DNA of 64,000 bases from Octopus sinensis (taxonomy: Eukaryota). Shown here piece by piece: positions 1-64,000 of this stretch (positions within the stretch are counted from its first letter, which is position 1; the number at the start of each line of letters is the position of its first letter). The stretch lies in the NCBI RefSeq assembly GCF_006345805.1, contig NC_042997.1:144398001-144462000 (forward strand), written 5' to 3'. Under the pieces are notes generated by a model, which worked only from the letters and a program-made list of their open reading frames with translations, was not told where the DNA came from and made no database searches. The position numbers were made by a program, and so were the translations under genes.

Positions 1-251
1 AAAATAAGATCAGTACCCATTATGTCACCTCCCTAAAAATTGTTAAATTTACATTTTATAAATAATGCAAAAGTGTGTTGTGTGTATGTAGTTTGTGTAC
101 ACACACACACATACAAAGTAGGGCACATTTTAAATGCAACTAGTGCTGAAACAAGGATATTTATTACAAATATTAAATATGTACCCCATCAATGAGACAC
201 TCTTATATAAAAATATTTTACATAGATGTGTGTATGTATATAAGAACTGAA

Positions 252-254
<3 letters not shown>

Positions 255-288
<34 letters not shown>

Positions 289-2839
289 TATGTGTGTGGT
301 GTATATATATATATGTGTGTATATATATAAACTGTATGTGTGTGTAATATATATTATATATATATATATATGTGTGTAATATATATATATGTGTGTATAT
401 ATATATGTGTGTATATATATATATATGTTGTATATATATATATATGTGTGTTATATATATATGTGTGTATATATATATATGTTGTATATATATATATGTG
501 TGTATATATATATGTGTGTATATATATATGTGTATATATATATGTGTGTATATATATATGTGTGTATATATATATGTGTGTATATATATATAAACTGTAT
601 GTGTATATATATAAACTGTATGTGTGTATATATAAACTGTATGTGTATATATATAACTGTATGTGTATATATAAACTGTATGTGTTATATATAAACTGTA
701 TGTGTATATATATAAACTGTATGTGTATATATATAAACTGTATGTGTATATATATAAACTGTATGTGTATATATATAAACTGTATGTGTATATATATAAA
801 CTGTATGTGTATATATATAAACTGTATGTGTGTATATATATAAACTGTATGTGTATATATATAAACTGTATGTGTATATATATAAACTGTATGTGTATAT
901 ATATAAACTGTATGTGTATATATATAAACTGTATGTGTGTATATATATAAACTGTATGTGTATATATATATAAACTGTGTGTATATATTATAAACTGTAT
1001 GTTATATATATAAACTGTATGTGTGTATATATATAAACTGTATGTGTATATATATATAAACTGTATGTGTATATATATATAAACTGTATGTGTATATATA
1101 TATAAACTGTATGTGTATATATATATAAACTGTATGTGTATATATATATAAACTGTATGTGTATATATATAAACTGTATGTGTGTAATATATAAACTGTA
1201 TGTGTATATATATAAACTGTATGTGTATATATATAACTGTGTGTATATAATAAACTGTGTATATATATATATATAAACTGTGTATATATTATATAAACTG
1301 TGTATATATATAAACTGTATGTGTATGTATATATATAAACTGTATGTGTATATATATATAAATGTATGTGTATATATATATAAACTGTATGTGTATATAT
1401 AATAAACTGTATGTGTATATATATAAACTGTATGGTGTATATATAAACTGTATTGTGTATATATATATAAACTGTATGTGTATATATATAAACTGTGTGT
1501 ATATATATAAACTGTGTATATATATATATAAACTGTGTATATATATATATAAACTGTGTATATATATAAACTGTATGTGTATGTATATATATAAACTGTA
1601 TGTGTATATATATATATAAACTGTATGTGTATGTATATATATAAACTGTATGTGTATATATATATATAAACTGTATGTGTATATATATAAACTGTATGTG
1701 TGTATATATAAACTGTATGTGTGTATATATAAAGACTGTGTATATATGTGTGTGTGTGTATATATAGACTATATATGTGTGTGTGTGTATATATAGACTG
1801 TATATGTGTGTATATAGACTGTATATGTGTGTGTGTATATATAAAGACTGTATGTGTGTGTATATATAGACTGTATGTGTGTGTGTGTATAAAGACTGTG
1901 TGTGTGTGTGTGTATAAAGACTGTGTGTGTATATATAAAGGCTGTGTGTGTGTGTGTGTGTGTGTATAAAGACTGTATGTGTGTGTGTGTGTGTGTATAT
2001 ACTCTGTGTGTGTGTGTGTGTGTATATAAAAACTGTGTGTATATATAAAGACTGTGTCTGTGTGTGTGTATATATAAAGACTGTGTGTCTGTGTGTGTGT
2101 GTGTATATATAAAGACTGTGTGTCTGTGTGTGTGTGTGTATATATAAAGACTGTGTGTCTGTGTGTGTGTGTATATATAAAGACTGTGTGTTTGTGTGTG
2201 TGTGTATATATAAAGACTGTGTGTCTGTGTGTATATATAAAGACTGTGTGTCTGTGTGTATATATAAAGACTGTGTGTCTGTGTGTATATATAAAGACTG
2301 TGTGTCTGTGTGTATATATAAAGACTGTGTGTGTCTGTGTCTGTGCGTGTGTGTGTGTGTATATATAAAGACTATGTGTGTCTGTGCGTGTGTGTATATA
2401 TATAAAGACTATGTGTGTCTGTGCGTGTGTGTATATATAAAGACTGTGTCTGTGTGGTGTGTATATATAAAGACTGTGTGTCTGTGTGTGTGTGTGTGTA
2501 TATATAAAGACTGTGTGTTTGTGTGTGTGTGTATATATAAAGACTGTGTGTTTGTGTGTGTGTGTATATATAAAGACTGTGTGTCTGTGTATATATAAAG
2601 ACTGTGTGTCTGTGTATATATAAAGACTGTGTGTCTGTGTGTATATATAAAAACTGTGTGTATATATAAGACTGTGTGTCTGTGTATATATAAAGACTGT
2701 GTGTCTGTGTGTATATATAAAGACTGTGTGTGTCTGTGTCTGTGCGTGTGTGTGTGTGTATATATAAAGACTGTGTGTCTGTGCGTGTGTGTATATATAA
2801 AGACTATGTGTGTCTGTGCGTGTGTGTATATATAAAGAC

Positions 2840-2873
<34 letters not shown>

Positions 2874-2880
2874 AAGACTA
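255..2880. repeat. compound TA/TG-derived minisatellite
   Basis: units TATATATAAACTGTATGTG grading into TATATAAAGACTGTGTGTCTGTG. Confidence 0.97.
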
Positions 2881-3789
2881 TATTAGGAAGACTATGTAGG
2901 AAGTGATCACATTTCTAGATACTGCTAGAAAAGCCTTGTTGGTAATGCAGTTTTCTCTTAGAGGATTTAATTAACTTCAAAGCCAATTATATCATATGTA
3001 CACACTATACATCTATATTAATAAATCCAATATGTGTTCTAATTAGATATTTCATGTCTTCATAAACATCAATACACTCAATACAGTGGTTGAATTTAAT
3101 GATAGCATTTCAATGCTATAACAGCCAACACTTTGCTTTAGAAGGGAGAGAGACTGTTAATAATTTCCCATTGTTTACAAAGGACACTACCATTGCCAAG
3201 GCCTTATTGACATCTAATATTAAAGTTTATATGCTCCAAGTCTTTGCAGCCATTTCATTGTTATTATTGGAATTCTGTTTAAGAATATGCTTTGTTATAA
3301 GAACGCTGTAGCCATTGAATAGTTATAGTATTGGTTGGTTGTCTGTTTAATATTTCATTTAGCTGTTGAGAATCTGCTTTTTGATTCGGTGAATCAGACA
3401 TTTTAATTATCTCTTATTATACCCTCCTAACAGCTGACCATAGTGAATGGCATCAAGAAGAGTATCTAGCTGTAAACCACTATCCCATCGAACCCATGCC
3501 AGTATGGATGGGTCAGGCATAAATTGACGATTGTCTCATAACCATTGTCTAACTTCAATCAGTTAGAATGACATTCTACTCAAAGATAACTGGTTGATTT
3601 TTTTTTTTTTTTGTTTTTGTTTTTGTAAGATAAGAGCCTGTTTGACAAGTGGTTGCAGGCTTGTTGAAGATACATATTCTATTGCATTTTATTTCCCATT
3701 CTCTGGAATAGTATTATTCCTATCATTAACTCGATCAAGTTCCACTCTTTCCCTTTTATCTATCACTAAGTATCAAACTCTATTATCTT

Positions 3790-4080
3790 TTATTTGTTTC
3801 TGTCATTCAACTGCGGCCATGCTGGAGTGTGGCCACTTCCTTGAAGGCGTTTTGTTGAACAAATCAATCACAGTACTTATTCTGTCAGACTCCTTTGCCA
3901 TACTGCTAAGCTATGAGATGTAAACAAACCAACACTAGTTAAGTGAAGGTTGTGAGAGGAACTCACTCACAATGGGCTACCACACAGTGTCTGTCTACCA
4001 AATTCACAAGGCATTAGTCAGCTCATAGATAAGATAGACACTTGCCCAAGGTGCCATACACCTGAAACCACATGGTTGAA
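3790..4080 (-). mobile_element. tRNA-derived SINE, family A, degraded
   Basis: reverse of the catggccgcagt tail, gtctacca/cacaaggc and acttgcccaaggtg blocks seen in other copies. Confidence 0.75.
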
Positions 4081-4409
4081 AAAGTTTTTAAAACACACAC
4101 ACACACACACCCATACCTTCATCTAGGTGTAAAGTCTAATTAAGCTAATTGTTGTTTGTTTATTCAATATTAATATTATAAATCTTAGAAATATAAATTT
4201 AAGAACTAAAGACCTGAACAGAATTCTATTACTAAAAAATTAAATGCTTGATAGTTGTGAGTTTTTAATAAGGCTTTAAGGTGTTTAACATTTCAGTTAT
4301 TTTAAAATGTTTTGATTTTAAAATTTTGATATTAAAATATTAATCTCTATTACAAGTGGTTCTGGTAAAAAAAAAAAGAAATAGTTTTCTCACTATTATT
4401 TCTGTCATT

Positions 4410-4580
4410 TAACATCAGCTGTCCATACTGGCATGGGTTGGGCAGTTTGACCAGGGCTAGCAAGCTCCAGTCTGATTTGGCATGGTTTCTATGACTAGAT
4501 GTCCTTCCTAATGCTGATCGCCTTACAGTGTGTTGGGTGCTTTAATGTGGCACTGCCATGAGTGCTTTACATCACCAGCA
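4410..4580 (-). mobile_element. SINE family C (aggaagggcatccagc body, GAT tail)
   Basis: similar to the 14549 and 41765 copies. Confidence 0.7.
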
Positions 4581-4589
4581 GGATTGGTC

Positions 4590-4960
4590 TTAACACTCCT
4601 GCTGTGGAATGCTTGTCTTGAGTACTGCAAGGTGCCAAGCATCCCAGTCCTTTCACATCTCACCTGAAAGGTTTGGCCTCCTGAGGTTGTTCTTCAGTAC
4701 TTTATCCCATGTCTTCCTGGCTCTCCTATTTCCACGTGTTCCATCCATTTTAAGAGATCGCCACTTAATATACAATTATAAACAATGACTCTTTGACGAG
4801 TTTTCTTTTGTGAAGTTAAACTTGTAAGCAACTTTTATTGTCAGCACTTTCTCCAAGCATATATGATCAATTCCGTATATGTCCAACTATATACTTTTCC
4901 TTGCATGCATCATTGCCATGTTTACTGAGATGCTCTCACAGCCTGCACACATTCTTACTG
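4590..4960 (-). mobile_element. RTE-clade LINE 3' remnant
   Basis: minus strand reads WRSLKMDGTRGNRRARKTWDKVLKNNLRR, the post-RT GRPRKTW motif, with stops nearby. Confidence 0.65.
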
Positions 4961-4987
4961 GGCAAAAAAAACCTGACTGTAATTTAG

Positions 4988-5040
4988 AGAATGGTATTTC
5001 CCAGTATTTGAAGAACTTCAGAGAAAGTGTTTACATAATG
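4988..5040 (+). CDS. candidate upstream exon (EWYFPVFEELQRKCLHN)
   Basis: tttag acceptor, open frame, phase-1 donor G|gtaaaa that would give ...CLHN-V-FLGGSC. The pyrimidine tract is poor and the exon abuts a LINE remnant. Confidence 0.3.
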
Positions 5041-5259
5041 GTAAAATCAGAAGGTTCTGAAATGCAGTCTCTTGATTGACATGCTATTTTGCATGGCTAT
5101 CCAATATTAATTTTCGGTCTTTAAATTGTAGTCATACTATATTGGTTAGTTAATTAGATCAAAAGAATGCTAATTTGAAAATAGCTATTTTGAAATCAAT
5201 ATGAAGTGGTACTTATCAAGAGTTGCACATATATATATATATATATATATACACACGTG

Positions 5260-5311
<52 letters not shown>

Positions 5312-8300
5312 GCACTTCAATCTATGAACACCAATAATACTTGTTGAGTGATGACTATTTTTGATACCAAATATTGAAACTTATGATCAGAAACATGCTT
5401 GTTTTTTAAGTGTATTTCATTATTTTAATGTACTTGCTTTTCATCTCATATGAGAAATATGCTTCATATTTGTGTTAGAATATTCATTATCTGTGTATAA
5501 TTTTGACCTAATCTGCTGTATCTTTTAGATAAGCAAAATTCAGCTTATGTCAACATGAAAAAAGAAATTAATTTGTTTGCAGTTGTTAAAGTAATAAATA
5601 AATTTTATTGATTTGAATAAAATAAAGCAAAGTTTGGGTGAGGGTGAATGGTTGGTTGGTAAATTTGTCAAGACCTAAACTTTGAACAATGTCAACATGT
5701 TAGCAGAGAAGAGCTAAAGTGTAAAGCAAATACATAAAATGTAAAGAAAATTAGCTGTAGAAATCAGAGCTAATTATTGATTTTTCCATTAATGCCCTCC
5801 TTTTGCAATATTTTAACTGATAAAAATTCTATGCATTATGTTACTGAAACTGAGCAACCAAAATTTGATTGATACACTTTTGTAGCAAGTTAAAATATTT
5901 GAATACAGCATTTAGCATGTGAATGAAGAGGAAAGTCTTCTTTGATGCTTTATTATTGATGAAAGTTCAATATTTTGTGCTGACTATATTTCTACCTGAT
6001 GTATAACCAATTTATTGACGTGTGTGTGTGTGTGATTACTTTAAATAAAAGTTGCAGAATGACTGATTTCTTCAATTATTTTACACTTGATATTTCAGGT
6101 ATAGGGGCAATTACTTTAAACTAGTAGGTTTCCATTGTGCTGGCTCTGACCTGATTTCTATTCTTTGATGTATCTTTTGTATTCCACTCACATAGGTAAT
6201 TCTCTCAAGAATAGCATAACTAGTAGTTTCATTTCCTTTTGCCTACAAACTGGAAACCTTACGATTTTGTAAGAAACCAATATTCTGGATATGAGAATAG
6301 ATATTGCTGAAATATGAGAAATGGACTGATTGTTCTATCATATCTAACTTGGGGTTTCTGCTGACCTAAGTTTCAGTTCCTTCAAGGTCAACTTTGCATT
6401 ATATTTTATGGGGTGGGGTGGGGACGTTAAGAGCTAATAATATGCTGGAGTCAATTACATTGGCCAAAACTCTTCTGTCAGATAAAAAAAAAAAGTTTTT
6501 ATTCTTAAACAAAGGAAATCAATATCATATTGCAATTTGAAAGGCTATTGGAATTGACAGAAACAATATAGCTGTCTAGTGTCTTGCTCAAACATCAGAA
6601 AATTTTAAAATCAGAATCAAAGCTTACTTTGGCATAGTGAAAATATATATACTTGTTTAAATCAATAGAGATACGGAGATAGTAAGTTTACTATATAATA
6701 TTTACAGCATCTAGTTAGACACATTAACATTTTTACTCTAAATTCTGTCTATGGGAGTTGTTTGTTTTTGTTTTTTTTTACCTATCCATTACTGTTTTCA
6801 AATACCAGTAATATACTGAGATTAAATAGTTTCATTCAAAAAAATGGACAACTTCTTTAAAAGAAATCTGTGTTGGATATGTCTATGAAGTCATTGTCAA
6901 ATGTTCGTCAGTTTTAGTGCCAGGTTTTTATATTTGCATGGGTTGAACAGAACTAGTTAGGCAATAGAAAATATGATTTCCTGATAAGTTAATATTTCCC
7001 CATTGCTAGATGTTTTTTTTTTATGGAAGACTAGGAATGAATGATCACTTGGATGGCAGTAACATTCATTTACAACCATCATATGATGTCAAGGCAAGGA
7101 GAAAAACAAACATGCATGCACACGCACATGATGGGCTTCTTTGAGTTTCCATCAACCAAATTCATTCATAAGGCTTCAGTTGATGCAATATTTGTCAATG
7201 GCTGTGTGGTTAAGAAGCTTGCTACTCGACCATATGGTCATGAGTTCAATCTTCATTGTCAAACATTAAATTGATTTGTTTCATTTATTTGGAGAGGTAT
7301 TGTGTACTGCATTTTGTTTGCCAACATCTACTTCTTGCTGGGTTGGGATTATTATCAATACTGTATAGTTGGTTCAATATAATATAGTCTTGTTTTAAAA
7401 AAAAAAAAAATTTATTTTTGCTACTGGTACATAGATATTTTAGCTTTTTCTGTCTCTTGGAAATTTCTAAAAGAAATTGTTTTTTGGACACATTTTGCTT
7501 AGAAATTTGTATAATACTTTCAGTGGCTATGGTTATCTAGGTGGTTGGAAAATGTCATCTTGCCAAGGGTCCTCTAATTCACATAGTTTTATATTTGATA
7601 GCCATCTTTAATAAAACCTGAAAGAAATTAGTTCATCTTAAGTATCTCATTCCTGGTCATTCTCACAGGAAATTATACTTATAATTCCAGATATTTCAGA
7701 TAGATGTCTTATTTTTCTAAGTGTTAATGTTTCTCTCGATCTTAAACTGATATGCTTATTTTGTGGTAAATGTGGCCACATTAACACAAATTCTGAGTCA
7801 ACAACCTGTAACAAACTCTTGATTCTCAGTTGAGGCTATTGTTCCATTTATGTTCCTAATTCCTTTGGAAAAGATGTGAACATTACTGCTTACCTAACAT
7901 TCTCCTCTATAGAACAGATGTTTATTGTAAGAAGGCAATGATTTGCATTGTCAATTGCCTAATCAAACTTTATAGCGAATGAATCTAAGAGATCTCTTTA
8001 AGAGTTCCTACATGGCAAATAGACCTGATTTCTGTTTTGTTTTGTGAGAAATTCTTTCACTTGCAGGAACTACCCTACAGCTATTGATTCTTATCTGATG
8101 TGGATTGTATTATATAATCCATAATCACGGTAAAAGCTTAGTGTTTGCTGAAGTTTCTTGATCATCTGACCATCTTCATCCTCAGCTTGTTATAAACAAA
8201 ATTGTACATTCTTATTTTTGTCCTGTATTCATTCCAAATTAGCTGTCTGCTTACTTCATACCTTTATTTTTGGAACACCTGCCAGTATTTTCATATTCTT

Positions 8301-8552
8301 TCTCATTAGTTTTTTTTTTTCTCTTCGCTTTTATTGAAGCGAACTATTTGAAATATTCTTAATGTTACTAATGTTACGAATTTAGTATATATTTCTGATT
8401 TCTATTTTAAACATTTACTTCTTTCACATAGATCTTATTTTAGACTATATCTGCACTGAAAATTAAACTAAAAAGTTGTATAGAAGAAAGCTACAAAAGC
8501 AATTTCGTCTTTGGGAATGTAATCTCATTGAGTGTGCGTGTATGCATCTAAT

Positions 8553-8593
<41 letters not shown>

Positions 8594-10097
8594 GCTATAT
8601 AGCTCACTTGTGTTCTTTTGGGATTAGAACATCAGCTAATAGAATGCTTTTATTAGAAACAACTGAAATAAAATAGCCAGAAATGAACACAGGATTCACA
8701 CCTAAACTTCTCTGAATTTTCTTTCATGCTAATCTAACATCATGGCTGATTAAGATGGTCTTAATGTAAAAGTATGCTTATTTTTGTTTGCATCTTCAAT
8801 TTGTATTTTTTATTTTTGTTACAAGCCATTAAATCCTAGTTAATTTCTCACATTTTTTATTTTTATTTTTCATCTGTTTCTAGAAGGTAATTATCTTACA
8901 GTTCTGTTATTAGCTACTTATTTTCAAGCAAGGCTTTTTTAAATTTACTCATTTTATAGATGTCTTTTTTTTATCTCTTTATTTGTTCATTTATTTTTCA
9001 GTTCCTTCATAATCAAAGAACTCTTGAGCATTTTATTTATTTTGCTTTCTAAGCTTTTCATAGCAGTAGCAGTAGATTTTCCTCAATTTTGTAGCATGAC
9101 CATTTGTTCACATTTTATATTTCTCTTTGTTCTGCTTTCATCAATAGTTATTCATGGTCATGTACTTGTATCAAAGATGAAAAGCTTACGTGTATAAAAT
9201 AGTTTTGTTTTGGTGTTTTAGATTCAAGCCTGTGCTTAATAGGATCTTCTTACTGTCTTAACCCACATATACCCCTGGTTGCGTTTTCACAATGCAAAAC
9301 CTGCTCCTACTTGTTTGGACATGAACTCGCCAGCAAGCATCTGACTGAACATATGAAATAGCTAACAGTTGCATACTGTCCTTCTCTTCCAAATTGTCAA
9401 AGCCTACCATAACGTTTAATCTAAATACAGTGAAATTTTAAGATTTTATTTCATGGGCATATATGGGTTAATAACTAAAATATCTTGCTCAAACTAATAA
9501 AAATATTAGGAGGTATCAACCATACCATATATTCCTTGACTGATGCTAAAATATAGGAAAATAAGTCTGAATTAAAAAGAAATACCAATATAGTTTGATG
9601 TCAGTGACCTCATTAATTCTAGACTGATTTGTCTCTCCCATTAAATCCAACTTTATATTCACTCTTTATCTCTAGTTCTCAGCCGTTACCTTTCACCTTT
9701 TTCTCTTCAATTTTTCTTTTCCAAGTTCTACTTTGAAATTTTTTTTCCCCAAGTAAAGAACCCAGCTTTTTTATTCCATTATCTTGAAATATAATTGTCT
9801 TTGACACATTTATGTTGACCAAAATATTGTTAAAGACATGAAATAAATTTGGCTTGAAAAATTAATTCTATTTCCATTTGAGTTTCTGCTTCAGTTTTTC
9901 AAAATATTCCTGCTGCAACAGCAAAGTTTAAATTTCTACACTTACCCAAATTGCCCCAGTTAAGATTTTAAGTTTGCAAGAAAATATGTTGACCTTCAAT
10001 GTTTAAAATGTATCTTCATATTTTATATCTTGACAAATCTGTTACATTCTTTCAACAAAATATTTTCTATTATATTTCATTTCTTTAAAATTTCCAG

Positions 10098-62383
<52,286 letters not shown>

Positions 62384-62549
62384 GGGAGACAACTCTCAAA
62401 CACTCGCTCACTTCATTCACCTACATACTCTACCACACTCCTCCCTGCTCACTCACTCGTTCGCATAACACACTCGTTCACACTTTCATTCAATCCCCAT
62501 TCCATTGAAAGAAAAAGAAATTTTTAAAAACTTATACATAATAACTGAA

Positions 62550-62555
62550 AATAAA
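62550..62555 (+). terminator. possible polyadenylation signal AATAAA
   Basis: first AATAAA noticed after the stop; such hexamers are common in AT-rich DNA. Confidence 0.2.
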
Positions 62556-63130
62556 AGAAACAAAAAAAAACAAATGAAAGTAAATAGAAATTTTGACTGG
62601 CGTGCTGCTGTTCTGTTGGTTGATGTATTCAATAAGAATGTGCTGTGTTTCCCCTGTCTGCCTCTTATTTTAATTATTGGTGCAATGTGTATATACACAT
62701 ATATACTCCATGTCATTTGTACTGATGTTATTTATTCTTTCCATCTCATTGGACATTTTAGAAGTGAATTATGAATGATTTTAATGGTGATTTTTCCTTT
62801 TTTTTTTCTTTAAATTATTTTTCCTTGATTAATTTTTTTTTCATGAACTTAAATACATATTTTGATGGAAAACATTAATCTAATCATTATTTGCTGTCTT
62901 TTTTAATTTTTTTTTTTTTTTTTTAAGATTCTAAATTCATACTCATATTTCATCAGTATCCTCAACAGATTTTAATCTTGCAACAGTTATAAAAATTTAA
63001 AAAAAACTATTTTTCCCTAGTAATCCTTTTTTACATTTTAGCTAGGATAAGTAATTAATGAATATATATTTTTAATAATTTCTCTTTTAAATACAGTTCA
63101 TCTTTTAGCATAAAAATCATATATAAACAC

Positions 63131-63169
<39 letters not shown>

Positions 63170-64000
63170 GCAGGCAGATATAGTTTTACAGCTAGTCGAA
63201 GTTAAAATCCATAACGATCCTAGTATTATCAGCTCACTTCAGCACCTATCAGCATTAGGTGTTTTACATCCTCTAATTCTTTAGTTTTCACTTTTTCTAA
63301 TTAACCTACATTAATCAGCAAATTGTAAATGAAGGGTAACTGCTAATTAGTAATTTGTAGGTGTTAAATTTTAAAGTTTTTATTGCTGACTCTTATAAAT
63401 TTTCAACAATTTTGTGTCAGTTTCCATGCTTTTTCTCTAATGACATAATCTCTTCATGTCAGTGTATGCATGTAGTGACTCAGAAGGAAAGATATGAGCA
63501 GATTTCATAAAACATTTGAAGTAAAATTTTTATTAAAAAAAAAAAAAGCGTTGCTTAGTAACTGTTTTAAACTTTCACTTCCCATCTCAACAAAACCATT
63601 ATAATAGTCTCTGTTAAGTTAATTTAAAATAATTGTACCCATACTGTTTGTTTCATTTCTGAATGCTTAATGTGTATATACCTAATCTTTTAGAGTATTC
63701 AGTTATTAAAGACAGCAAAGAAGTTCAACCATATCAGTTTTCAAGGAAACAAATCTAAGTTTTACTCATGTTTATCTGATTTAAGTGCATAGAAGTAAAA
63801 CTTAACTAAAATAAGTTGACAAAAAAAGAAAAAAAAAGCTGTATATAATTTATTCCTCATTTAAATTTTTTTTTTTGTTTTTTCTGTACAACACTAAATT
63901 GAGATTCTAAGAAAATTTTAATTATTCCAAGTTGATAGAAATCCTTTTTTTTTTTATTCAATATACCTCACTTCACTGTTTCATTTTCATTTTGAAATAA

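Noticed and set aside
340-2835. ORFs rich in Y/I/C/V/M
   Set aside because: Translations of the TA/TG satellite.
8067-8129. Candidate exon with good acceptor (ttgcag) and phase-1 donor
   Set aside because: In-frame TGA in the frame needed to join exon 10098.

Overview
AT-rich, microsatellite- and SINE-dense eukaryotic DNA. The repeat families look like octopus/coleoid cephalopod, which is an inference from recalled repeat sequences. The window is mostly one + strand gene, rebuilt by hand from 13 GT-AG exons (10098-62383) whose phases all join into one uninterrupted 433-aa frame. The product is a Raw/OLRN-1-type protein: two repeats of a nucleoside-deoxyribosyltransferase (NDT)-like domain, separated by a degenerate EF-hand-like region and a hydrophobic segment. 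Repeat 1 keeps the Glu at the NDT nucleophile position and repeat 2 has Gln. The start codon was not found. Introns hold at least four SINE families, RTE LINE remnants, hAT, piggyBac-like and Tc1/mariner/pogo MITEs (several with intact TSDs, some nested), a complete non-autonomous Helitron, compound satellites and two local duplications, one copying the final splice-acceptor region. Nearly all long ORFs in the supplied track are microsatellite artefacts.
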